Below are positions 28,329 to 37,971 of a DNA stretch of 57,820 nucleotides, one piece after another (within the stretch, counting starts at the first letter, position 1; the number at the start of each line of letters is the position of its first letter). The position numbers and the translations under genes were made by a program. The DNA lies in contig JBCCEA010000025.1 of the NCBI GenBank assembly GCA_039030515.1, positions 1 through 57,820 on the forward strand. Reading direction: 5' to 3'. The notes beneath the pieces are model-generated. The model saw only the letters and a list, made by a program, of their open reading frames with translations. It searched no databases and had not been told where the DNA came from. This stretch comes from Myxococcota bacterium. Its GTDB lineage: Bacteria; Myxococcota_A; Polyangia; Polyangiales; Houyiibacteriaceae.

Positions 28329-29870
28329 GTGAAGATAGACGACGAGCGCGCCAATTCAGGTCGCCCCGTGCTGGCCCTCGCGGGCGCAAGCGGCTTTGTC
28401 GGACAAGCGTTGCTCGACGCCTTTGCCGCTACCTATCCTATGGTGGGGCTCACGCGCGCCGCCAAGCGAACCGCCGACCCACGCGCCACTTGGCGTAGAT
28501 GCGACCTGTACTCTCTCCTCGAGGTGGAGCGCGCCCTTGAGGGCGCAAACGTGGCCATCTATTTGGTCCATTCCATGTCCTCTTCGGCACGCCTGACTCA
28601 GGCCAACTTCGCTGACCTCGATCTGATACTGGCGGACAACTTCGCCAGAGCCTGCGCCAGCCAGGGAATCGCTCGTATTCTTTATGTCGGCGGGATTGTA
28701 TCGCAAGACGATCAACTCTCCAGGCACCTGCAAAGCCGCCTCGAAGTCGAGCGAACCCTCGCGTCCCACGGCGCTCAGGTCACGGCGCTCCGTGCGGGGC
28801 TTATCGTGGGCAAGGGTGGCTCCTCGCTCAATCTCATGCTCCGGCTGATCCGCCGGCTGCCCTTTATGGTCTGCCCAAGGTGGACGCAAACCATGACGCA
28901 GCCCATCGCCCTTGGAGACGTGACTCGAGCCGTCCGGCTCAGTCTTGAAGATGAAACGTTGGTCGGCCATTTCGATATCGGTGGTCCCGACACGATGTCC
29001 TACCAGGAGATGATGGAGCGAACGGCAAAGGTTCTCGGTCTGCCGCGCACGATGGTGAAGGCGCCGGTATTCTCGATGGATCTGTCGAAGCTCTGGGTTT
29101 CCCTCGTTGGAGGCACGCCCCTTGCCCTCGTCGGCCCGCTACTCGAGAGCCTGCGACACGATGTGCTTGTCTCCGCAAACCGGCTACAGGACCAGCTCGA
29201 GCCGGAGGCAAAAGGATTCGAGGCAGCGCTCCGCAGCGCGATAGGTGTCGGCGCGCCCGAGTCAACGCCATCGGAGCTCCGCCGTGAACCCAAGGGAACA
29301 CCGAGTCAGCTTGCCCGGACGACACTTGCCCCGACGACCTTTCCCCAAAAGGTGCGCCACCCCTCGTCGAGCACTCCCCCGGCCCTGGTTCGGGCACTCG
29401 CCCGTAAGACCGTCCGCTCGGTCCAGCGTTTGCCGCGCCCCTGCAAGCGCAGCGCAGACTGGATCGCTGGGGAATACGTGCGGTGGCTACCCCACTTCCT
29501 CTGGCCGCTGCTCACCGTCAAGGGTTCCCCCGAACGACGCTGCCGCTTTTACCTGCTGGGTACGACTCTGCTGCTGCTGGAGCTCACCTTTTCGGCTGAT
29601 CGAAGCCAGCCCGACCGCACCCTCTTTTACGTCACAGGCGGTAGTCTCGCCCGGGTGCGGCATCCCCCGCGGGGACGCTTCGAGTTTCGGCAAGCTTTAA
29701 ACTCGGAAACGATCGTCGCCGCGGTGCACGATTTCGAGTCTCGACTGCCGTGGTTCATTTATAAAAACACGCAAGCGATCGTTCATCTCATCGTCATGCG
29801 GGGATTCAGCAGGCATCTTCAAAAGCTATCCAGCAAAGGACACCCACCCGGCAAAGCCGAGGAAGCCTAG
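28329..29870 (+). CDS. NAD(P)-binding epimerase/atypical SDR (YbjT-like) with a C-terminal extra domain
   Basis: AGASGFVG Rossmann motif, AIYLVHSM, SRHLQSRLEVE, LRAGLIVG and TQPIA. Confidence 0.85.
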   Translation: MKIDDERANSGRPVLALAGASGFVGQALLDAFAATYPMVGLTRAAKRTADPRATWRRCDLYSLLEVERALEGANVAIYLVHSMSSSARLTQANFADLDLILADNFARACASQGIARILYVGGIVSQDDQLSRHLQSRLEVERTLASHGAQVTALRAGLIVGKGGSSLNLMLRLIRRLPFMVCPRWTQTMTQPIALGDVTRAVRLSLEDETLVGHFDIGGPDTMSYQEMMERTAKVLGLPRTMVKAPVFSMDLSKLWVSLVGGTPLALVGPLLESLRHDVLVSANRLQDQLEPEAKGFEAALRSAIGVGAPESTPSELRREPKGTPSQLARTTLAPTTFPQKVRHPSSSTPPALVRALARKTVRSVQRLPRPCKRSADWIAGEYVRWLPHFLWPLLTVKGSPERRCRFYLLGTTLLLLELTFSADRSQPDRTLFYVTGGSLARVRHPPRGRFEFRQALNSETIVAAVHDFESRLPWFIYKNTQAIVHLIVMRGFSRHLQKLSSKGHPPGKAEEA

Positions 29871-30031
29871 CCTATCGGGACTGACCGGTGATTCCTGTAA
29901 TGCAAAGAAATAGACCGTAATCTCTCGGCGGAGCTTTTTGAGCTAGTGTTGCCGGTGGATCATAGAGGTCGAAACCGAGCCGAGTTCGATGGAGCTTCGC
30001 ACCGCCTGGATCTGTAGAAGGAATATCAGGC

Positions 30032-31111
30032 ATGGCACTAGTAGCCGATTTGAAACCTCTGAAAGTTAGCGGGCGGTATACCCAACACACTGGCGGCAAA
30101 TCTTTCCGTTACGTAGAGATTTCTCGTGCCTCCGAGAAAAAACAACCGGAAAGTGCATATTTTGATCTCTTAATCTACGATTGTCGTCAGGAGAGGATCG
30201 AGCGTCCACTCATAGCTCCGCCCGAAACGGCTCCAGCGATGTCGTCAGAAGAGATGCGTCGACTGGGTGTTGAAGTCGTCCGAGCTGTGCGAGAGCGATT
30301 TCCCAAAGGCGCCTTAGATCATCCTCGGTATCCACGTAGAAACCCGGCAAGAAAACTGAGTGCCGCTATGGACTTTGCCATTGAGTACGAGCGGGCACTC
30401 CGCCGCGCGAATCACACCTTGGCTCGTCTGTCTCCTGAGACTGCGACCTACCTGTTCGAACAACTGGCGGCAGCCTATGTTTCTGGGCCAACGGGGGTCG
30501 TCACCCGTGATTCGATGGCGTTCACCGTCCTCGCTGAAATCGTGAGGAGAGCCACCAAACCTATGCGTGTCGGCATTACGGAATACGATGATTCGCGGCG
30601 AGGAACGCATCCGTTTGTCTTTATGTATGCTCCGGGAGCAGGTGAGCCGTGGGTAGTCGATGCGTGGGCGCAATGTCCCAGCGTGGCGCCTCTCAGCCAA
30701 ACACAATTCGCCAAGAGGGGCTGCGGTCGTATGCTGACCATGGAGACTCGCACTCCTCTTCGGTTATTTGGAGTGCCTAGGGATTTTAGCAAAAACGAGC
30801 CCGGTCTGGATGTATACGCGCACTACCTAGATGAGCGCTCGCAACAGCCCTTGCAAGAACTTCCGTACCAGCCAGTGCGGCCGTGCCCAGAGGACTTCTC
30901 CATCTTAACCAGATGGCCAAGCAGGTACCAAGTGCCCATCGGTAGCGACCCCTATACCGACGTAGCTCCGGACAGTTGGCTAGTGGGTCCACTGGCTCTT
31001 ATCGTTACGTTGTTTCTCATCTTTCGAGTCGGAAGAGTGCCGAATCGAGTCGGAAGAGTGCCGAATCGCCGCCTGAGGTTCTACGCCCGCATTCTCGCCG
31101 GAGCTATGTAG
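30032..31111 (+). CDS. Orphan protein with a papain/transglutaminase-like (HopX1/AvrPphE-like) His-Asp region and a C-terminal TM
   Basis: 359-aa ORF. THPFVF...WVVDAWAQCPSV. C-terminal hydrophobic helix followed by RVGRVPN x2. The family call is tentative. Confidence 0.55.
   Translation: MALVADLKPLKVSGRYTQHTGGKSFRYVEISRASEKKQPESAYFDLLIYDCRQERIERPLIAPPETAPAMSSEEMRRLGVEVVRAVRERFPKGALDHPRYPRRNPARKLSAAMDFAIEYERALRRANHTLARLSPETATYLFEQLAAAYVSGPTGVVTRDSMAFTVLAEIVRRATKPMRVGITEYDDSRRGTHPFVFMYAPGAGEPWVVDAWAQCPSVAPLSQTQFAKRGCGRMLTMETRTPLRLFGVPRDFSKNEPGLDVYAHYLDERSQQPLQELPYQPVRPCPEDFSILTRWPSRYQVPIGSDPYTDVAPDSWLVGPLALIVTLFLIFRVGRVPNRVGRVPNRRLRFYARILAGAM
31024..31068. repeat. 21-bp tandem duplication
   Basis: tcgagtcggaagagtgccgaa x2. 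Confidence 0.85.
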
Positions 31112-31154
31112 TCACGCGCTCACGGTTCGAGTTCCCAAAAGCCGTGTGCTACCG

Positions 31155-31186
31155 CCAGGAATCCTGTTGTTTTTGCGGGTTCTTGG
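31155..31186. terminator. Possible hairpin between convergent genes
   Basis: ccaggaatcc...gggttcttgg forms a 10-bp stem with two G-U pairs. There is no clear U-tract. Confidence 0.25.
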
Positions 31187-31198
31187 AGGAGGGCAACC

Positions 31199-32701
31199 TT
31201 AGAGAGACAGGATACGTAGGGCCTCGTCTACGCGGAGGATGCCGTCGTGTACCTTGCGCATAGCCTGCTCTCTTAGAGTGATCATACCTTCGGATACTGC
31301 GTGGTCGATGATCTTAGACTTGGGCGTGTTGACGACCAGCATCTCCCGGATCGCGTCGCTCACCCGGAGCACTTCGAGGAAGGGAACCCGGCCGCGCAAT
31401 CCCTTGTGTCTACAGGCTTCGCATCCCTTACCCTGATAAAACGTGCCTTCTGTTTCGATATCGAGCAGCGCGAGCTGACGGGCCTGAGTGGTCGTGAGTT
31501 CGACTTCTTCAAGGCACTCGTCACAGTTGCGTACCGCGAGCCGTTGATTCACCACCGCAAGTGAGGCGCTCGCGAGTTGAAAAGCGTCGACTTCCAGCTG
31601 CTTCAGTCGATGAAATACACCGACTACGCTGTCTGCATGCACGGTGGTGAGCAGCAGGTGACCGGTCACGCCCGCACGGATCGCGGTCACTGCAGTTTCT
31701 ACATCGCGAATCTCCCCGACCATGATCACGTCCGGATCCTGGCGCAACACCGAGCGCAGTCCGGCAGCGAAGGTCAGCCCGACCTTGTTGTTCACCTGGG
31801 TTTGGGCCATGCCGCGAAAATCAACTTCCATGGGATCTTCAAGGGTCACAAGGTTGAGCTTATCGCCGAGGTGATCGCGAATATGACTCATCGCAGCGTA
31901 CATCGTCGTCGTCTTTCCACTCCCGGTAGGCCCGGTCATGTAGATGACGCCATGGTCGCTCAGCAGCAGTGCCTTGAAGGTGTCTAAAGTCTCCTCGTCA
32001 AAACCGATTCCGTCCAGCTGGTAACGAGTCTCGTCATTGACCGCGAGCCGGATCACGATTTTCTCCCCGTGATTGGTCGGAAGCGTCGATACCCTCGCCT
32101 GAAACTGCTCTCGGTCAAAGGTAAACCGGCCGTCTTGGGGCTGTTGATGCACATGAAGTGAAAGTGTCGCCATCACCTTCACCCGATTGATGACGTAAGA
32201 GACATGGCGGCGCGCTACGGAGCCCGCGTCGTGCAGAATGCCGTCGACCCGGTAGGTAAAACGCAGGCCCCCCGGCTCTGGGGTCAGATGAAGATCGCTG
32301 GCGCCGAGGCTAAACCCGGTTTGGAGCAACTCCCGCACCAGCGAGATCGCATCGACGGTGGCACGCGCGCTGTGCTCTGCGATGATTTGGCTTGTCTTGG
32401 CGAGGAGCGAGAGAGAGCTCTGCTCGTCGAGCGTGATCCCGGATACGACCGGAGCCTTTCTACGCTGGTCGAAATCTCCACTGCCTGAGGTATTCCGATA
32501 GTAAAGCCACCAAATAAGCCCGAGAGCCAAGGTCAATCCGATGTTGACCGCAACCCCTACGCGAGCAACTTCGGACACCGCGCGAGGCAGTCCGGATCGC
32601 ACGGCGAGGATGACGGCGAAAACCGTGTAGGCTGTAGTTAACAAAGCAGTGGCGGCCTTGAGCCATCGTGGCGGTCTGAAAGACCGTTTGGGAAGTATCA
32701 C
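31199..32701 (-). CDS. GspE/PulE/PilB-family secretion ATPase with two N-terminal TM helices
   Basis: ASDLHL, RVDGIL, PQDGR, GPTGSGKTTT, TLEDPME, LRQDPDVIMVGEIRD, TGHLLLTTVH and the tetra-Cys CDEC/CEAC. Confidence 0.92.
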   Translation of the reverse strand: MILPKRSFRPPRWLKAATALLTTAYTVFAVILAVRSGLPRAVSEVARVGVAVNIGLTLALGLIWWLYYRNTSGSGDFDQRRKAPVVSGITLDEQSSLSLLAKTSQIIAEHSARATVDAISLVRELLQTGFSLGASDLHLTPEPGGLRFTYRVDGILHDAGSVARRHVSYVINRVKVMATLSLHVHQQPQDGRFTFDREQFQARVSTLPTNHGEKIVIRLAVNDETRYQLDGIGFDEETLDTFKALLLSDHGVIYMTGPTGSGKTTTMYAAMSHIRDHLGDKLNLVTLEDPMEVDFRGMAQTQVNNKVGLTFAAGLRSVLRQDPDVIMVGEIRDVETAVTAIRAGVTGHLLLTTVHADSVVGVFHRLKQLEVDAFQLASASLAVVNQRLAVRNCDECLEEVELTTTQARQLALLDIETEGTFYQGKGCEACRHKGLRGRVPFLEVLRVSDAIREMLVVNTPKSKIIDHAVSEGMITLREQAMRKVHDGILRVDEALRILSL

Positions 32702-32782
32702 GGCTCGAGGATGACACAGCGCTCGATGAATCAGGGGCGTTAAGCGACAAGCGAGGACTCTTAAGCGACGGACAGCGGGGCC

Positions 32783-33394
32783 TTAAGTTTTGCGCGCTAA
32801 AGAGGCCGGATGAAACAGTTCGGCGCGGTAGAAACGCAGCTCTTCGATAGATTCCCTGATGTCGTCAAGGGCACGATGAGCTCCCTTTTTCTTAGGACGC
32901 CGCCCGTAGACTTCAGGATTCCAGCGCATGGCGAGCTCCTTGAGCGTCGATACGTCCACCAGCCGGTAGTGTAAAAAGGCATCGAACTGCGGCATGTATT
33001 TCGCGATAAAACGGCGGTCTTGATAGATCGAGTTGCCGGCGAGAGGCGCAGTACGAGGCGAGCAATAAGGAGTGACGAACTCGAGCACTTCTTTTTCTGC
33101 AGCTGCTTCATCCAGTATCGACGCGCGGCTACGCTCGATCAAACCAGACTCGCCGTGGGTTCGGGTGTTCCATTCATCCATGGCCCCCAAAATTGCGTCT
33201 GACTGATGGACGACCAGCGTGGGGCCCTCGGCCACGACCTCGAGCTCAGAGTTCGTGATGAGCATCGCGAGTTCCAAAATACGGCACGTATCCGGATCCA
33301 AACCGGTCATCTCGAGGTCGACCCACACCAGGAGCTGGCCTGAGATACAAAGGCTCGCCTTCTCGCTATCGAAACCCGCAATCGCGTCGTTCAT
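32783..33394 (-). CDS. orn: Oligoribonuclease
   Basis: LVWVDLEMTGLDP, PLAGNSI.QDRRF, LHYRLVDVSTLKEL and HRALDDIRESI.EL. Confidence 0.96.
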   Translation of the reverse strand: MNDAIAGFDSEKASLCISGQLLVWVDLEMTGLDPDTCRILELAMLITNSELEVVAEGPTLVVHQSDAILGAMDEWNTRTHGESGLIERSRASILDEAAAEKEVLEFVTPYCSPRTAPLAGNSIYQDRRFIAKYMPQFDAFLHYRLVDVSTLKELAMRWNPEVYGRRPKKKGAHRALDDIRESIEELRFYRAELFHPASLARKT

Positions 33395-33767
33395 GCCGCT
33401 TGCCTACCTGTCACAGAGTTCACCTCTGATATGACGGGGTCTTGTATCACAAGGCTTCCAGGTCTGCGAACCTCACCAAACTACCTCATCAATCAAAGGA
33501 TATACCGACTGCTTTACTCAAAAGCGATCCAAGCACGCCCCACTCGGCTAGGCTGCGCGTACCCGGTCAGGTAGCCAGAAGATATCTTTAACGTGAACCT
33601 GGCGGCTCCAGAATCTGCATGAAATAGTCAATGCCGTTCCAAAACGTAAGACTACCGATTTGCTAAGCAATGATACTTCTCAGAACGCAAACCGACTCAT
33701 CCCAGACTTCTCCATCTAGGCATAGTCGAGTGCGACTCTACACTTTATTCGAAGTAGGATAACTATC

Positions 33768-34898
33768 TTGCCAACGGAACATAACATTCCTCTGGAGGTC
33801 ACGGGTATTCGATACCTTCCGCCGACTGTCATCGTCCCACTTAATGATCGCGATGTGAAGTGTGTGGCGTTCAGCCCTGACGGCAGTGAACTAGCCATTA
33901 TTACAAGTGACAGCTTTGGTCAATATACCCTAAATATTTACAATTCCAATAACGGCAGCCAGGTGTCCAGGCGTGTATTGGCAATGCCTCGTCCTGAGCC
34001 GAATGTTCTCCTTACGGGACCGGAAGGATTGTTCTATGAGCCGCAAGGAGGAAGGCTCCTGATCGTACTGAGTCAGACAGTACTTTTACGAGCTAGAAGC
34101 TTTTGTGCTCGCAGATCTGAGCTTCGATTCATCGAAGGCGGTCCAAGTCAACCTCGCTTGTCAAATCCCTTGAAAATAAGTACTCGGCACGCAATTGAAA
34201 GTGACGTGGACTTCGTGGCGTTCGGGGTGGAGGGAACACTTGCTGTTGGTACTTCGTCGCGCGAGATTGTTCTACAAAAGCTGTGTAGACAGCTGTTTTT
34301 CAAAAAAGACACCTCTGGAACATACACGCTTAGTCACTACTCACCGGAAGAAATGGTATATGACGAGCAAAATCAAGGTAAGTCACGAAATGCGATACAG
34401 TCAGAGCTCGATCAACCGTCTCATGTTCCCGGTTCTCCAAACCATGTAGCCGCACTGAGCTTGTCGAACCCCAGAGCCAATTTGAGTGACATTTGGCGCT
34501 ATACGCGAAACAGGGGAAAACCGCTGATATGGTCCTGCTTCGATCCAAAGAGCAAGATCAGCTGCCTTCTTTATGCAAATGGCACTGTGATTCTTGCATT
34601 TGAAGATAACGTATACATATCTACGCGCTTTCACGGCTGGTTTGGGGCGAAGCCGATACGGGCAAAGTTGGTCTATTGGAACGACCGTCTGCATCTCTTG
34701 GGATTGCATGTTGATGGTCGCGCGTTGATCTACGAGATATCGAGTCACAATTCCGAGCCTACGATAGGTCCAGTCGTCGCAAAAATGCGTATTCCCCCGG
34801 TGCAGGGTATCCGTCGACTGGTTGTTTCATCGAGTGGCTCAATTGCCTATTGCCTTCGAAAAGGACCTAAACAAATCACTATCACCCACCCTGGCTGA
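33768..34898 (+). CDS. Orphan divergent beta-propeller (WD40-like) protein
   Basis: VKCVAFSPDGSELAI, VDFVAFGVEGTLAVGT, WSCFDPKSK and IRRLVVSSSGSIAY. Visibly more AT-rich than its neighbours. Confidence 0.6.
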   Translation: MPTEHNIPLEVTGIRYLPPTVIVPLNDRDVKCVAFSPDGSELAIITSDSFGQYTLNIYNSNNGSQVSRRVLAMPRPEPNVLLTGPEGLFYEPQGGRLLIVLSQTVLLRARSFCARRSELRFIEGGPSQPRLSNPLKISTRHAIESDVDFVAFGVEGTLAVGTSSREIVLQKLCRQLFFKKDTSGTYTLSHYSPEEMVYDEQNQGKSRNAIQSELDQPSHVPGSPNHVAALSLSNPRANLSDIWRYTRNRGKPLIWSCFDPKSKISCLLYANGTVILAFEDNVYISTRFHGWFGAKPIRAKLVYWNDRLHLLGLHVDGRALIYEISSHNSEPTIGPVVAKMRIPPVQGIRRLVVSSSGSIAYCLRKGPKQITITHPG

Positions 34899-34993
34899 GC
34901 GTTCGATCCCGGTTGTGAGCGCCGTATCCGGCCAGGTTGGGAGCGGCTCCGTACCCGGTTGCTGTTCTTTGCTGGAGAGGCTAGACCGGGCCG

Positions 34994-35917
34994 GTGCGAG
35001 GGATATTTCAAGACGAGCAAACACTCAGCCATCTTCGCCAGCTTGAGGCCGAGAGCATTCATATCATTCGCGAGGCGGCGGCCGAGTTCGACAACCCGGT
35101 CATGCTTTACAGCATTGGAAAAGACTCGAGCGTGATGGCCCATCTGGCCCGCAAGGCGTTTTTTCCGGGAACCATGCCTTTTCCGCTGATGCACATCGAC
35201 ACGACGTGGAAGTTCGGCGAAATGATCGAGTTCCGAGACAACTTCGCCAAGGAACACAAGCTCAAGCTGATCGTCCACACCAATGAAGAGGGTCGTGCTC
35301 AGGGCATGAATCCCTTCGATTACGGAAGCCACCACTACACCACCGTAATGAAGACGGACGCGCTCAAGGCTGGACTCACGCAGCACGGCTTTGATTGCGC
35401 CTTCGGCGGGGCCCGTCGCGACGAAGAACGTTCGCGGGCAAAAGAGCGCATCTACTCGTTTCGAGATCGCTACCATCAGTGGGACCCTAAAAACCAGCGC
35501 CCCGAACTTTGGAGCCTCTACAACGGCCGCGTTACCCAGGGAGAAAACGTTCGAGTCTTCCCCCTCTCCAACTGGACTGAGCTCGACATCTGGCTGTACA
35601 TCGAACTCGAGAATATTCCGGTAGTCCCTCTTTATTTCGCCGCTGTGCGCCCAGTGGTGGAGCGAGGCGGCACCTGGATCATGGTCGATGACGACCGCAT
35701 GCGTCTCGAAGACGGTGAGACGCCACAATCTGTCTCGGTGCGCTTTCGAACTTTGGGCTGCTACCCGCTTTCCGGAGCGATCGAGTCCGAAGCCGACTCC
35801 GTTCCCAAGATCATCCAAGAAATGCTGAGCACCCGCTTCAGCGAGCGGAAGGGTCGCTTGATCGATTCCGATCAAGACAGCTCGATGGAACGCAAAAAGC
35901 GCGAGGGTTATTTCTAA
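34994..35917 (+). CDS. cysD: Sulfate adenylyltransferase subunit 2
   Basis: [53 protein letters not shown] and KREGYF. Confidence 0.97.
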   Translation: MRGIFQDEQTLSHLRQLEAESIHIIREAAAEFDNPVMLYSIGKDSSVMAHLARKAFFPGTMPFPLMHIDTTWKFGEMIEFRDNFAKEHKLKLIVHTNEEGRAQGMNPFDYGSHHYTTVMKTDALKAGLTQHGFDCAFGGARRDEERSRAKERIYSFRDRYHQWDPKNQRPELWSLYNGRVTQGENVRVFPLSNWTELDIWLYIELENIPVVPLYFAAVRPVVERGGTWIMVDDDRMRLEDGETPQSVSVRFRTLGCYPLSGAIESEADSVPKIIQEMLSTRFSERKGRLIDSDQDSSMERKKREGYF

Positions 35918-37806
35918 TGCAGCCAAGCGAGCGCGAGCTTCTCAAAGCCGACATCCACGAATACCTGCGTCGATATGAGCGCAAAGAACTCCTTCGATTC
36001 GTTGCGGTGGGTTCGGTCGACGACGGTAAGTCCACGCTGATCGGTCGACTCCTTCACGACACCGAAATGGTCTACGACGATCAGATCGCGGCAGTGCAGG
36101 CAGCTTCTTCCATGCCGGATGGGGAGATGGACTTTTCACTCTTCACCGATGGGCTTGCAGCAGAGCGGGAGCAGGGGATCACGATCGACGTCGCCTACCG
36201 CTATTTCGCCACCGAAAAGCGCAAGTTCATCATCGCCGACACTCCCGGACACGTTCAATACACCCGCAACATGGTGACCGGAGCGTCTACCGCCAATGTC
36301 GCCATCATCCTCGTCGATGCGCGTCTCGGGGTGCTGCAGCAGTCACGTCGACACGCCTACATCGCCTCGATGCTCGGCATTCCGCACCTGCTCGTCGCCG
36401 TGAACAAGATGGATCTGGTCGGCTTCGATCCTCAGGTCTTTGAACGTATTCGCGACAGCTTCCGGGATTTCTCGAAGAACCTGCGTTTCAAAGACGTGAC
36501 CTTCATCCCCATCAGCGCCCTGAAGGGCGTTCACGTCGCAAGGCGAACTCGTTCCAGTCAGGAAGGCCAAGGCGCCGCACAACCGCCGGGCGCGAACATC
36601 GATACGGCGGCTGCCTGGTACGAGGGCCCGACCGTGCTCGAATACCTGGAAACAGTGCCGATTTCGCTCGATCGCAACTTTGACGACCTGCGCTACCCCG
36701 TGCAGTACGTCGTGCGACCCGATCTCAACTATCGAGGATTCGCCGGTCAGATCGCGAGCGGGGTTCTACGCACCGGAGACGAAGTCGTCGCTTTGCCGAG
36801 CGGGCGTCGTTCACGCGTGCGCAGCATCGACACCATGGAAGGGGCCCTAGAAGAAGCATTTACCCCGATGAGTGTGTGTCTTCGACTTGAAGACGAGATC
36901 GATGTCAGTCGCGGAGACATACTCTGCCGCCCGGACAATCTTCCCCGCGTGGGTCGTAAGTTCGACGCCCATCTCGTGTGGATGAGCGAAAAGGGGCTCG
37001 ATCCGCAGAAGTCCTATGTGCTCAAGCACACGACCCAAGCCGTCCGATGCGAGTTTGGGCAGGTCCACTGGAAGATGGACATGGACACCCTCGAAGAGCA
37101 GCCGGCCGAAGCTCTGGAGCTCAACGATATCGGCAAGGTCACGATTCGATGCCATCGAGCGCTTTACTTAGACGCCTACGAGCGAAACCGGGCTACCGGT
37201 GCATTCGTCATCGTGGATTCCCTATCCAACAATACAGTCGCCGCCGGCATGGTTCTCGAGCAAAACGCATCCCGCACCCAAACGATGGCTGAGGCCCTGC
37301 AGGAACTTCGCTCTGGTTCGGGACTGCAGCCGACCACTCAGGTGAGCCCGGCCGAGAGACGCGAACGAATGGGCCAGAGTGGCGCTACCGTGTGGCTTAC
37401 CGGGCTGCCTGGATCCGGGCGATGGTCGCTGGCCTACGCCCTCGAGCGCCGGCTCTTTGATCTCGGTCGAACAGCCACAGTGATCGTGCCAACCGACGAA
37501 GACTTGCGTTCGATTATCTCCGCGGCAAAAGCGGCCACCCGCGCAGGCCTTATCGCGGTGGTGGCATTTCCGGCCTACGAGCGAGCCGATCGCGAGCGGG
37601 CACGCAATCGCATCGGCAAAGAGCGCTTCCTACAAGTGCATGTCAACACGCGGGAAGAGCTTTGTCGCGAACGCCGCCCAGACGCCGACTTCGAGGGATT
37701 CGAGGCACCGACTCATCCCGAGGTCACGGTGGCCTTGGACTCGGTTCCCCTGGAAGACGCCGTGGGCTACGTGATCGACGCCTTGAGCCGCCACCCGCTC
37801 AAGTAG
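35917..37806 (+). CDS. cysN: Sulfate adenylyltransferase subunit 1 fused to a degenerate APS-kinase-like domain
   Basis: GSVDDGKSTLIGRLL, EREQGITIDVAYRYF, ADTPGH and NKMD. C-terminal TVWLTGLPGSGRWS. Overlaps the cysD stop (TAATG). Confidence 0.95.
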   Translation: MQPSERELLKADIHEYLRRYERKELLRFVAVGSVDDGKSTLIGRLLHDTEMVYDDQIAAVQAASSMPDGEMDFSLFTDGLAAEREQGITIDVAYRYFATEKRKFIIADTPGHVQYTRNMVTGASTANVAIILVDARLGVLQQSRRHAYIASMLGIPHLLVAVNKMDLVGFDPQVFERIRDSFRDFSKNLRFKDVTFIPISALKGVHVARRTRSSQEGQGAAQPPGANIDTAAAWYEGPTVLEYLETVPISLDRNFDDLRYPVQYVVRPDLNYRGFAGQIASGVLRTGDEVVALPSGRRSRVRSIDTMEGALEEAFTPMSVCLRLEDEIDVSRGDILCRPDNLPRVGRKFDAHLVWMSEKGLDPQKSYVLKHTTQAVRCEFGQVHWKMDMDTLEEQPAEALELNDIGKVTIRCHRALYLDAYERNRATGAFVIVDSLSNNTVAAGMVLEQNASRTQTMAEALQELRSGSGLQPTTQVSPAERRERMGQSGATVWLTGLPGSGRWSLAYALERRLFDLGRTATVIVPTDEDLRSIISAAKAATRAGLIAVVAFPAYERADRERARNRIGKERFLQVHVNTREELCRERRPDADFEGFEAPTHPEVTVALDSVPLEDAVGYVIDALSRHPLK

Positions 37807-37971
37807 TCGTTATAACGCGCCCCATCCGAATGCGCGTTCGAGTAGACGTCTCTCATCGATTGCAAGGGATTTCAGCTGGCTAGACGGCTTCTATCCTTGT
37901 TCTAGAGTGTCGTAAGTGAGTAGCGCAGACACATCAGAATCCGTTCGCAGGATGAGCGTGGTCAGAACGGC

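Noticed and set aside
28046..28354. Small ORFs upstream of the Pro-rich WD40 gene
   Set aside because: Low-complexity translations in all frames, no RBS or motif support, and overlap with the SDR start.
34847..35926. 359-aa minus-strand ORF
   Set aside because: Antisense shadow of cysD.
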